Below the pieces are notes generated by a model. The model ran no database searches. It was not told the DNA's origin and worked only from the letters and a program-made list of their open reading frames with translations. A DNA stretch of 64,000 bases from Eledone cirrhosa (Eukaryota). The DNA lies in assembly GCA_964016885.1 (NCBI GenBank), contig OZ024747.1, positions 13,764,001 to 13,828,000 of the forward strand, written 5' to 3'. The position numbers and the translations under genes were made by a program. Each line of letters starts with the position of its first letter. Position 1 is the stretch's first letter. Of the stretch, positions 25,346-37,848 are shown one piece after another.

Positions 25346-27968
25346 GTTGTATTGTTGTTTATAACACCATTCACTTTACTACTGGTGTATATCTGCCAGC
25401 TTTAAATCCACCATACTATTTTATTAGTAGCAACTGTTAATATGTTCATTAATATCAATTACTATACCTGCATTATTGTTCCAGCTATATCCATATTCAT
25501 ATTAATATAGATATTCACATTGCTGTTATTTAAAATATGTAATTAATTATCATTAATGAAATTACTGCCAACATTTTCATTGTTATGAATATCGATATTG
25601 CTGTTAATCTTCATAACAATATCAATGTTGATATTCTAGTCAATATGTCGATATCCTAACATCGATAACCCAGCCAGTATATCTTTATTAATATCCCAAC
25701 ATTGACACAGGTGCATGCAAGTCTGTGTTGTTAATGAGTTTGTTTTGCAACCACATGGTTCTAAGTTCAGTCCCATTGTATGGCACCTTGATTTGACTAA
25801 TGCGTAGTGAGAGAAATTTAGTAGAAGCCCATCGTGTGTGAGTTTATGGATACATTTGTGTCTGTGCTTATGTCCCATAACTTGACAAAAAGATATTGAT
25901 AAAAACATGTATCTGAGTTTAAAAAATAACAGGTTTAACCCTTTAGTATTTACATTACTCTATATTTACTATTATATTTTCACGGTAAATGCTTTACCTC
26001 ATATAATTGTTTCACATAATATTGAATCTATGAGATTTTGATATTATTTATTTTGAGAAAAATAATACCTTAACATCAGTATGAGCAACTGGTTACAGCC
26101 GGTTTGAACAGAAACAGGTGAGAGAATTCTGGCCGGATACAGCCAGTTTAAATGCTAAAGTGTTAAAAAAAAAAAGTACCAGCGTCTATATGATTGAATA
26201 AATCTCTTCAACTTGATGTCCCAGAATGGCTGCAGTCTAATGACTTACACTATTGAAAGAATAAAAGAATTGGTGATAATCTAGCCAATATCCTTATCAA
26301 TATCTCAACACTGATATTGCAGCCAACATCCTTATTGCTATCAATGGCATCAGCACTACTTATCACATCACTATGGATCAATACTTATTGCTATTAATAA
26401 TGATATTGATATTTCTCACACATTGCTATCAATATTGATGTTTCTCTTGATATGTTTTGCTTGTAGGTCTGTGGGATATCTCTGTTCTTATCAACAACAA
26501 TATTGAAGATAACGTCATCTTTGTTGTTAACATTATCATCAATACTTATTCCTATTAACCCTTGAGATACTAACCTGGCCAAAACAGGCTCTTGTCATAT
26601 ATAACAAAACCCACACAGTTTAAAGAGTTCCTGTTTAGAATATTCCAATATGACTTTATATAGTAATGAAATTATAATGTTAGTAAATAACCTCAAAATC
26701 TTTCATCAATTAATTGAAATGATGTATTTCATTAGAAATACAGTCATGAATGGGTTGATACACTATTATTCATGTCTGTGAGATAACTATGTTCCCATTG
26801 TTACTGATATTTTTCACTCATGTCTGAGAGATAACCTCATTCCTATCAATACTGATATTTCTCTTGATATTTTCCACTCATGTCTGTGAGATAACCTCGT
26901 TCCTATCAACAATAATATTGATGCTAATGTCTTCTCTGTTGCTATCAGCAGTAACATCACTTCTATACTAATATCTCTGTTGCTATCAAGTTTCCTATTT
27001 ATTGCACAATATCACATACTGTCCTGATATATTCATACTAATTAACTTGTTGTTACTGGATGGCCTGCATAAGTTTCAATATCTTTGTGTCTAAAATAAC
27101 ATTTTGAAAGGTTTTAATATAAGGAGGAACATTTTTAAATTAGCCTAAATCTCGGGTGGTTTCTGGCAGTTTGGTATCAAAGGTTAAGCTGGTATTTTGA
27201 ATGTAACATGAGATCATGATGGAAGGTTTTTAGATAAATATAAACACTTTTCTATCATAGAACCCTGTGGAGTTTCAGGTAGTTTGGCATCAGAAGGGTT
27301 GAATATATACTACTAACTACTAAATTAATCCACTGTTTTGTGGTGACATGATAAAACCTTTCCATCTCACATGATACAACCATTGACTGCCTCAGTTCTT
27401 CACTGGGCAATTCTGTATCTTCCTCAATGGCTCTCTTTAATGTCTTAAGGTCTTCTGCATTTGCGTTTCACATTAGTGGGCTCCCTTAGTAGAAGTTTTG
27501 TAGCAGGTTTGTTGCCACTCATGACATGACCTGCAAGTTGCAGGCGCCTAATATGAATAGTATGGCTAATAGGCAGAAGGTTGCTGTAGAGAATTTTGTT
27601 TGTAACATGGTTGAGAGGTTTGATGTTTTTATCCTGAATATATATATCATTACTTTTACATATTCCATTTTGTTAATAGGCTTTTGAATGTATATGTGTA
27701 TGTATATAATTATTATTCTATCACCCTTAATCACATTTGTGTGTGAGAATGTAAATACATATCAATCAAAATACTTTTTATGAATCAAGAAATTGTATTC
27801 TTCAGTACACACACGTATATATACACACATACTTAAACACTACATGCACACACATATTCTTAAATACAGATATGCTCATGGACATAAGCATGTCAGTATG
27901 TTTCTATGTATATGAGTGTATGCATAACAACACGTACATACACATATGCTTATGCAAGTATATATATA

Positions 27969-29087
27969 CTAGCAGTTTAGCCCGGCGTTGCTCGGGTTTT
28001 TTCATTTGCTATGAAAAGTTACATAGAGGTAAACATGGCTTGAAAGCGAATAAGCTTATCAATTAAGTGCATAAAGCAGTTGAACCGGTTATTAAAAGTT
28101 ATGAACCAATTAGCATTTTAGACAATCAATGATGGGTTAATAATCATCCAATAGCAAATTTAGCAGACCAAAGTTGCAAGATGGTGGCCCTGATGCCGCT
28201 GGGTGTCAAAGGGGAGTAAGCGAAAAATTTCAATTGAACAGTGAATAGTAGGTCAAACCTGTAAGCCAAGCCCATCTGAGTTGTAGCACAAAAGAGCGTA
28301 AACAGGGGCGATATTTTGGAGCACACTGGAAAATAAATCATCGAAATCGGAGGTTCCTGAAAAAAGTTTTCTCATTTTTTTGTCTCATATTACGAAAAAC
28401 AAAGAAAAAAAATTACAAAAAGGACAACAATAAAATATGCTTTTGTTGAGATTCAAGTAAATGAATGCTTAAGCGCCGTTATGATTACGTTTGTTGTTTT
28501 ATAAATTCATCTGTTGCTTTTGAATATTTGTTATTTGATGCAAAAAATGTAAGTGTGTAAAATGTAACGTTGAGAGAGGAGTATGATTTTAGTGTTATCG
28601 GCTTTTTTAGTTTTGTTATTTGATGTATGAGCATCGTTATGACTGTTTGTTGTTGTATAAATTGATGTGTTGCTTAGTTTTCAAAGTTTGTGTCACATTG
28701 CTTGAAAAGAAGTTTTTGTCGCTGTTGTAAACTGTAATGGTGATAGGGTAGTAGACGGAGGCAGTAACCTTTTAAAGAGAGTTGCAGAGGAGATTGAGAG
28801 TGGAGTAGAGGGAGGAATGAACCTTTTAAAGAGAGTTGCAACATGTATGTAGTTTCATAGAGTGAATAAGCGTGTAAGAGAGAGGGTTACAGCATGTATT
28901 TAGTTTTATCGATATTTTTTTCATAGAAGCAGGACATTTTTTGGCAAAGTTTATTACGCGTTGACCATCCTTGGTAAATTTGGAGCACATTGGAAAAAAA
29001 ATCATCAAAATCGGTAGAGAAATGTGGAAATGCATAAAAATCATACACACACACAGACAGACATCTTCCGTTTTATATATATATAGA
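27969..29087 (-). mobile_element. Non-autonomous Helitron-like element
   Basis: Minus strand begins TCTATATATATATAAAACGGAAGATGTCTGTCTGTGTG and ends with hairpin CCCGAGCAACGCCGGG, 8 nt, then CTAG. These are Helitron 5'-TC / 3'-hairpin-CTAG termini. Confidence 0.75.
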
Positions 29088-29111
29088 CTAGCAGAAAACC
29101 ACCTGGTGGGC

Positions 29112-29412
29112 GGTTTTCTGCTAGTCTATATATCTAAAACAGAGAATGTCTGTCTGTCCGATCACTAAAACTTGAAAACCACCCAATCGATTGTTTTCAA
29201 ACTTTACACATGTAATACTTATGGTCCTGTGAGTGTTTTGAGCAAAAAATATTTCAAATTTTCAATGCCCTAGGGACCGCATTAGGCGATTTAGCGTTCT
29301 CTATATATAATTCTTAGTCTTTCTTTTTAGATAGATACATAGATATAACGTTGCGCCCTTATAATATCTGTCTGTATGTCTGGCTGTCTGCATTACGTCA
29401 TTATGACGCGCT

Positions 29413-29446
<34 letters not shown>

Positions 29447-29618
29447 GTATCGTAATGCAGACAGCAAGACATAGCTTTCCTTCCCCTCTTCCAGCGTCTC
29501 TCTCTCTCCCTCCCGCTATCCTCCTCTTGTAGTCTCTTTCTTTCACTCTCACTCTCACTCTACGTGTCGGACAGACAGACAGAGAAATTGCTGGTTATAT
29601 ATTATAAGGAGATATAAG

Positions 29619-29620
<2 letters not shown>
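29112..29620 (+). mobile_element. Further Helitron-like end fragments
   Basis: GGTTTTCTGCTAG|TCTATATATCTAAAACAGAGAATGTCTGTCTGTCC (3'-end/5'-end junction), plus further (CTGT)n-bearing ends near 29360 and 29570-29615. Confidence 0.55.
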
Positions 29621-29652
<32 letters not shown>

Positions 29653-29810
29653 CTGGTTTAGAATAGGTACACTGTATCCCTGTATGTTGTAAGATGCAAC
29701 GAAAATGGTTGATGTCAGGAAAGGTATCTGGCTATAAAACATTGCCTCAAAAGGTCCTGTCTAACCCATGCCAGCATGAAAAAGTTAACATAAAAACGAT
29801 ACATATATGT

Positions 29811-30240
29811 AATGTACTGGGTAATTTTCTGGCCTTGTGCCAATAGTAGAAACAATTATTATTATAATATTGGGAGGTGGATTGGCAGTATCGGTAGAGG
29901 GTCGGACGCCATGCTTTGAAACATAGAGTTACCTCCCTGTATGATCTGAGTTCAAATCCCGCCGAGGTTAACTTTGCCTTTCATCCTTACGAGGTCGATA
30001 AAATAAAGTACCAGTAATGCACTGGGTAATTGCTGGCCTTGTACCAAAAGTAGAAACTATTATTATTATATTGGGAGGTGGATTGGCAGTTTCGGTAGAG
30101 TGTTAGACACCATGCTTCACCACATATAGTTATATCACTTTATGATCTGAGTTCAAATCCTGCTGAGGTTAGCTTTGCCTTTCATCATTATGGGGTCGAT
30201 AAAATAAAGTACTAGTAATTTACTGAGGTCGATTTAATTG
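29811..30240 (+). mobile_element. SINE family B head-to-tail cluster (tail + full copy + older copy)
   Basis: Same A/B boxes and core as 14148; units separated by ATTATTAT..ATATTGGGAG. Confidence 0.8.
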
Positions 30241-30258
30241 CACCTCTCTAAGACAATG

Positions 30259-30714
30259 TCACTGGACCGAGATCTTTGGTGCTACGCAGTAATACAGAAG
30301 ACCCGCCTTGCCTATGTACAAAGCGAAACCTACAGTCAGTAGGCACCTCTTAACCAAATAAACACCCCAATCCACTACCCATACCCTATCCTCCCACCAA
30401 CACCACCCTATCTCTATAAAGTTGGTAACACAACATCCAGTCAAAATAAATGAGATAAATGAGATGGAGATCGTGTAGGTGTCTCGAGAAAAAAACACAC
30501 AGTCCACGCTGTAATGTGGCCGTGTAGGTAACACAATAAAAAGTTCCCAGTTCCACACTGTAAATGTGGTTGGTGTTAGGAAGGGCATCCAGCCGTAGAA
30601 AACCTGCCAGATAGTCCTACATGGTCACCCGACCAACCTTGCCTCAAGTGAGACAACTCCCGTCTGACCCATGCTAGCGTGGAAAATGGACGTTAAACGA
30701 AGATGATGATGATG
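30259..30714 (+). mobile_element. RTE-like LINE 3' end (same family as 9270-9900)
   Basis: TCACTGGACCGAGATCTTTGG...AAGACCCGCCTTGCC = SLDRDLW...KTRLA, followed by the same 3'UTR and (GAT)n tail. A shorter copy lies at 37513-37713. Confidence 0.8.
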
Positions 30715-31617
30715 TGTCTAAAGAAATACATATACATTAATATGTGTATGTCATAAGCATTACATATGTTCAAGTTGATTAGCCTGTCAGGTCCAATGTG
30801 TTATTGTGGGGTGGGGTCTAAATTATGGTGATTCTGTTGCATGTGTGTTGTGCATACACAAAATAGACAGCTGTACATGCATGCAATATCAGCTTGAAGG
30901 GAAGGATGTGAGGGAGGGAGGAAGGAGAGGATGTGAAGGAGGAAGTAATAATAGGAGAGAAAGGAACAATGGAATGATAGAAGGAATGGTTGAGGGAGGA
31001 GGAAGGAATAGTGAGGAAAGAAAAGGAATGATAGCAATGAAAGAAAGGGAATGATGGCAAGGAAGGAACAGAGAGGAAGGAAGGTGGGAATGGAGAGAAA
31101 GGAATGGAAGATGGGAAGGATGGAAGAGAAGAAAGGTGGGAATGATGGAAGAGAAGGAATAAAACTGCATTCCAAGATAAACCTAAGCAAGAAATTGTGT
31201 TAACGGCATATGTAGAATTGTTTCCTTGTGGTAAATAACTGCAGGATTGATTAGGAAAGACTTAATTTAAAGTGAAATGAGTTTTTCTGCAGCGTTTGGG
31301 AAATTGAAAAACTGACTCAAAACTGAGGAGACACGCACATAGAGAAAATGAAAAAAAAAAAAATCTTTGTGAGTGTGTATATAATTGTGGTATATGAGAT
31401 GGTGTATACATGTGTATGTCATGGTGTACACAGTCATGTCTATGTGTGTGTATGTATATGTATGTATATATATATGTATGTGTACCAAGCAGCCAAAGTG
31501 TATGATAGTTATATCTGTATATACACAATCTTGGTTACCTACTCTGTATATATACAAATATAACTTTGTGTGTCTTATGGTATATATATATGTTTGTGTA
31601 TGTGTGTGTGTGTTACG

Positions 31618-31659
<42 letters not shown>

Positions 31660-32593
31660 TATATGTATATATATATATATATATATACTATATGTATATA
31701 TGTGTGCCATGCTGTATACATGTATGTTTCTTTCTGTACACATGCATAAGTGTATGTCATGGTGCACGTCATGCTGTACATGTGTATACATGTCATGATG
31801 CACTCATGTGTGTGTATATATATATATATATATGTGTGTATGTTTGTATAAATGTATGTATATTTGTGTGTGATCATTATTTTAGTTGTGAATTTCAACA
31901 GCAGATCCCTCTGTTGGGTCTATTTTTTTTTTTGGAGGGGGTAGGGGGGGTAGTTACTTCCTCTCACTTCTGTGCATTCTCTTCATTCAGCAACCCCTCA
32001 TAGTAACATTTCCACACCTCTTCTCAACATAAATGATACTGCGTGCCTTATTATCATTATACATATATTTCAGCTCTATTATCATGATTCATACTGACAC
32101 ACTACTTTGCAATTGACAACACATCACACCTCTGATCCTCATGTTGAACATTATAGGCAGTTGCTCGCCTTTTTATGCATACCTGGTAGCTAGCTTCTCT
32201 TCTAGCTATCTGATATAGTTCCTTGCTCTCCAATTTTTCCTCATTCTTTCCAGCTCCATCTCTTATCTTTTATGGCTTTAACTACTGTAACATTGCCCTA
32301 TCATGTAGCCTATCATCTAACTGGAACCTTGCTTCATCCACATATCTGGTTTGTGATTTGCAACAAGTTGTGTTATATAAACTCAGTTGTCTTATTTTAT
32401 AGGTCTTCTTTTCAAAACATGCTTCACCTCATACATGCATACATGTTTACATAGAATCCATAAACATAGCTTTATTACAATTTGGTAAACAAAAATGAAA
32501 ACTTACATGTCCTTAAAACAATTAATTACTAATATAGCTAAATGATATCCATGTGCACAATCTAATCTTGAATTTTTGTTTTTGTCATTGCAG

Positions 32594-32763
32594 TGAAGTG
32601 CAGAAAGCAGTTCACACTGCACAGGGTTTATATATGAGATGGTGTGAGCTGCAGGAAGATCTTGGCTCCATTACAAAGGAGGAACTAGACTGGACAACCA
32701 ATGAACTGCGCAATAGCCTTCGAAGTATTGAATGGGACCTTGAAGACCTGGAAGAGACGATAG
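32594..32763 (+). CDS. STX6: Syntaxin-6 coding exon 2 (N-terminal helical/Habc region)
   Basis: Acceptor tttttgtcattgcAG at 32592-93. Exon reads (T)[57 protein letters not shown], matching the recalled syntaxin-6 motif [21 protein letters not shown]. 170 nt, followed by the U12 donor ATATCCTTT. Confidence 0.96.
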
Positions 32764-33419
32764 ATATCCTTTGACTGTAAACTAACATTACAACAATTAA
32801 TTTTTCATTAAAATACTTTTATAATATCATAATGACAAAAAGAAAAAAAAAGGTGGAAAATGTAGAAGGGAAAATTGTACACCTTTTGAGTGAACAACAT
32901 ATCTCAGAAGTTCCCTATAGACAAGATGGCGAAAACATTACTGCAGTCAACAGCCAGTTATACCTGCTGCATCAGCCATTTCATCTCACAGTGCTCCTTC
33001 CTTAGATGTAGTGTTCTCATTCCTATTTAGTAAAGAAAAACGATAGTCCAAGGACCAAGGGCCCCAAAGGTTTTAATAAGAATCAGCACAATAAAAACAA
33101 TCAGTCAGTGTCTGGTATTTAGTTATCTTCTGTGTTGCATATAGTGGTGCCATAATTTGTAACTGATGCAATAAGGTTGGCACCAGTATGATTAAATGTT
33201 GTGGTCAGCGACACTATGTTTCTTCAATATGATATATGTACTGTGTATCAACAACACATGAACTATATAATAGTCTGTCTAGTAAGTAACCTTACCTCTG
33301 TGGCTTTAAACAAATTATAGCAGCCCAACTAAGTGATTTCATGGCATCAATGAGGTTTATAAAGGATACAACCATACATCCTTCCTTCCTTTCATGTTCA
33401 CCTCATATAATAGATATCT

Positions 33420-34730
33420 TTCTTTATTTGCCACAGGGGCGTACAAAAATGGGACATTACAAGACGTGACGGCGGGGGTTTTACATAAAAATAACTTTAA
33501 CATTAATAAATAACAATAAACTATATATAATAAAATAACAATTGAAATCCCCAGTAGAGGGGAACGTTACTGCAGGGTTGTTTTACACCCCGTGGATAGA
33601 ACAACCCTCAACACCAGGAACACGTTTTGTAGGTGTTCCTGTCTTCCCTCTGTTTATCTTCCTCAACCTACAGGTTTATATACAGAGAAGGCCCATTCAC
33701 TCGGGCCATTTTTGCCACATTCACCCACCTTTCAGTGAATTTACTGGGGTATGGCACCTCTCTCCCCACTCTCACCTTCCTTCTGAAGTGATACTTAAAG
33801 AAGGGGATAAGTTGTTGTCCGGACAGAAAGGTGTTTGTCCTCAGTCCTTTTAACCTCGTCCACCATATTACTTCTTTTGCCATAGCCACCAGACAGAGGA
33901 AAACCGCTTCTCCTTCGTTCTTAAATGAAGGCGGCGGGGTGATCCTCACGATGTACTCGGCTGACAACTGGATGCGTCCCACACGTGACAGCAGCTGTTC
34001 GACATAATTCCACAGGTCGGTCACCCCTGGGCACTGAACAATTGCGTACAGAACGGTTTTGATGTCCTGCTCGCATCTTGTACAGGTCCTTTTGTCAGGA
34101 TCTCTGCCAGGGCGTCCGTGCCTGTAGATTTTGTCTTGAACTGGTAGAGCTCCTCGGTAGCACTGCCAGGCCAGAGACCTCTGGAAGTTATCCATAGGCC
34201 CTGGACGGAAAGTCCTCCCGAACAGACTGGTTAGTTCATCCTCCTCGATGCCTAGAGTTTCCCTGAGAATGTCATCACAGTTATCCTCCACTAATCCCCT
34301 ATAGAATATCGAAGTGCAGTCTCCGCTGATTGCCGTTTCCGCTTGGTAGAGGGCTGTGAGCGCCTGTAGGCACTCGAGGTGCCAGGAACCCATTTTCGGT
34401 CTTGGCTTGACCCAGGACTGCAGCTCTGTTAGTGAGACGAGTTGTGGAAGAGCTTGTCTCACAAACGACAGCCACACTGGTTCACCGATCAGGAATACCT
34501 GGAGATGGCGTAGCCTCAGCGCATGTTTGCGCATCATCAGCCACGGCATGCTCAGCCCTCCGTTAGAAGGGCGTTGACAGCAGATGGATCTCCTCACCAA
34601 TGGAGCCTATTTCTTTCAGAGGAACTTAAGAGTAGGCGTTCCATTTTGGTGAGGTATTCACGGGGACAAGGCACAACTGTCAAGCGGTAGTAGATGACGG
34701 ACGCTATGTAAGTGTTCACCACCTGCACCA
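33420..34730 (-). mobile_element. Tx1/L1-like LINE 3' fragment with zf-RVT-like domain
   Basis: 310-aa minus ORF with GGLSMP, WQCYRGALPV and C-x2-C...C (CTRCEQDIKTVLYAIVQC) knuckle. More GC-rich than its flanks; antisense inside the U12 intron. Confidence 0.75.
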
Positions 34731-37049
34731 ATTATGTGTTCACTATATATATGTATATGTCTATCCTCTTAGCAATCACAGATTAAAGTAATCCTTCTCT
34801 CTAAGTTAATCCTAAAATCTGAATCCAAAAAGATTAAATATGTGAGCTATAGAAAACCTTGCAAAATCACTTGATAAATACAAAACTATTTTTTTTTTTT
34901 CATGTCAACTTACCTTATAGCCTTCCAGGATTGATAAATTGTCTATCAATTATTGTGTTGGTTTAATCGACTTCCCTCTCTTCCCAGATTTCTGTATCAT
35001 GCTTAGATTAGAAACCATTATAGTTGTTAACTTATAACATCCTGTATTAGCAGATAATATCGAAAAATGGATTTATTAATCCAAATGTTTATGATATCTT
35101 TACTGTTGTGAAAATGTGTAGTAGAAGAAAATCTTTAATTTTTAATGAGTTGCAGTCAGTATTGTTTTGTATTATTTCAACGATGTCTTGCTAATGTGGT
35201 TTCGTGGTGGTGGTGATAATATGCCTTTTGGAAATTCTTGGTTGATTTACATATTAAAAGCTGAAAGGGCATTCAAACACAGCTGTGTTTTGCTAGAAAA
35301 TTGGATAATCTTGACAGAGCTCACATAAAAGATAGAAACATTCATACAGCAGATTTTTCTAACACACACACATGCATGTATACAAATTTAGGCTGTGATT
35401 CTGCTGCTTCAACATTCATATTGGTGTGTGTAATCTGGTTTAGAATAGGTATATCATAAGGGTTGGCACTAGGAAGGGCATCCAGTCATAAAACATTACC
35501 ATAACCCTTTCAATACCAAACTGCCTGAAACTGTTCCTGGGTCTATGATACAAAACTGCCTGTTATAAAATGTATATATTTATCTAAAAACCTTCCATCA
35601 TAATTTTCATATAAGAACCTTTGTTATTAACACCAGAAATTTAATTATATTTACTAAATCCATCCAAATTCTTGATTTTCAAAATTATTTGAAAAAAATA
35701 TAATGGAAGGGTTTAAAAAGGACCCTCCGAGTATGAAGCCTTAAAATGCTTGTGTACATATAGACATTCATAGTAGGGCTTTTAGACATTCATAGTAGGG
35801 CTTTTTCATACATGGTCAACATTCAAAGCAGGTATTTTTATCAAGAAAAATAGACTTTCAAATCACTTTACTTGAAACCATTTTTTAATATTTACTTTTT
35901 TGTGACCATATTTCTAATAATTAACACAGCTGATATTTTTCAAATAATTTTGTAAATAATTAAGAATTTAGAAGGATTTCAAAATATAATTAAATTTCTT
36001 ATTTATTTAGTGTTTGAAACATAACTAACACAGGTTTTTACATAAAATTATTATGGAAGGTTTTTAAATAACTATAAACACTTTAAAGCAAACAGTTTTG
36101 TATTGTAGAACCAGGTGTGGTTTTAAGAAGTTTGGTATCAAAAGAGTATCTAAACTGGCTTGTGATTTCAGTTAATGCTTTCATAAACATTCTGTACACC
36201 TAAACCCATGCATAGGCTCTGCATTTTTGCTTGTATTTTACCCTGTGTTCTTCTCTCTCTCTCTCTCTCTCTCTGTTTAGACTTGAGTTTAAAATTACAT
36301 GCATGTTCTTATTAGAAGCTTTCATCTTCTACTTGCCTCTTTGCCTCCTTGTTCCCACCACCTATTTAAAAAAAAAAGACATATTAAAAAATATAATATA
36401 TATTTGTTGAAATTTCTGTTTTGGTTTGTTTTTCTGTTGAGGAAATAGCAGGTTTATAGCAAGAACAGTTACAAGTTTCTTTTATTTACACAATAATAAT
36501 AATAATATTAATAAAATAATCCTACTTTTATTGTACAAATAATAATAATAATAATCCTACTTTTATTATACAAATAATAATAATAATGATGATAAAAAAC
36601 AAATGAAAACAAAGAATCCTGCCCCCTTTATTGCAGTTAATTCTTGTTTCTTTATTCTTGAATCTTTCTTCATATAAATTATTTATATTATTTTTTTGGT
36701 CTCAATTTATTTCTTTTAATCTTATTATAATGACAGGTTTTAACCTGGTTTCCTCTTCCATCATAAAATCACTTTTATTGTTTTTTCAGAATGTTTCGAA
36801 TTGTTTCTCTTTTTATTTATTCTTTGCCTTTAAATGTTTTTTTTTCCTTTTTTAAATGTTTCAATTTTGATTTTTGTGTTTGTTTATTGCCTTCAATTTT
36901 TTAATTAAAAAAAGAAATATATTTATCTGATTATTTGAAAGAAATGGTTGGGTAGTATTCCGATTAATTCTTTGTTAAGCTCCCTTTCGCATTTTGGATA
37001 AAGGCACATGCATGACTGTATGGCTATTCTAGATAGAATATAACAATAA

Positions 37050-37207
37050 TAATTGTTTCTACTTTAGGCACAAGGCCAGCAATTACCCAGTGCATTACTG
37101 GTACTTTATTTTATCGACCCCCGTAAGGATGAAAGGCAAAGTCAACCTCGGCGGGATTTGAACTCAGATCGTAAAGGGACGTAACTATGCTGGAAAGCAT
37201 GGCGTCA
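37050..37207 (-). mobile_element. SINE family B (reverse, 5'-truncated)
   Basis: Reverse complement of the 14148 unit; another partial reverse copy lies at 19207-19323. Confidence 0.85.
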
Positions 37208-37793
37208 GAATATAACAATAATAATAATAATAATTTAAGCATACACATACACGTACACCAGGTCCAAACACAGGCAGCCGAACTCCTGCTGTCATTGCCT
37301 CCATCTCCCTCGCCCTCCCCCAGCTGTCACTATTATGAGCAAATGGGGTCTCACACGCTGGCTAAGAATTAGCTTTGCAATTACATGATTTTAGGTTTAG
37401 ACCCACTATATGGCACTTTGGTTGACCAATGCTTTGTGAATAAAATTTGGTACACATAAACTGCAGAGGCACATCATACACACACACACAGATATATACA
37501 TATATATATAGGTGTAGGTAACACGGTAAAAAGTTCCCAGTTCCACACTGTAAATGTGGTTGGTGTTAGGAAAGGCATCCAGCCGTAGAAAACCTGCCAG
37601 ATAGTCCTATATGAGCGAGACACGGTCACCCGACCAACCTTGCCTCAAGTGGGACAACTCCCATCTAACCCATGCTAGCGTGGAAGATGGACGTTAAACA
37701 AAGATGATGATGATATATATATACACACACATACATACATACATACATACATACACACATACACACTTACACACATACACACATACACACATA

Positions 37794-37848
<55 letters not shown>

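Noticed and set aside
32926-33030. Short ORF MAKTLLQSTASYTCC... after ccctatAG
   Set aside because: 34 codons with no recognisable homology and no convincing donor.
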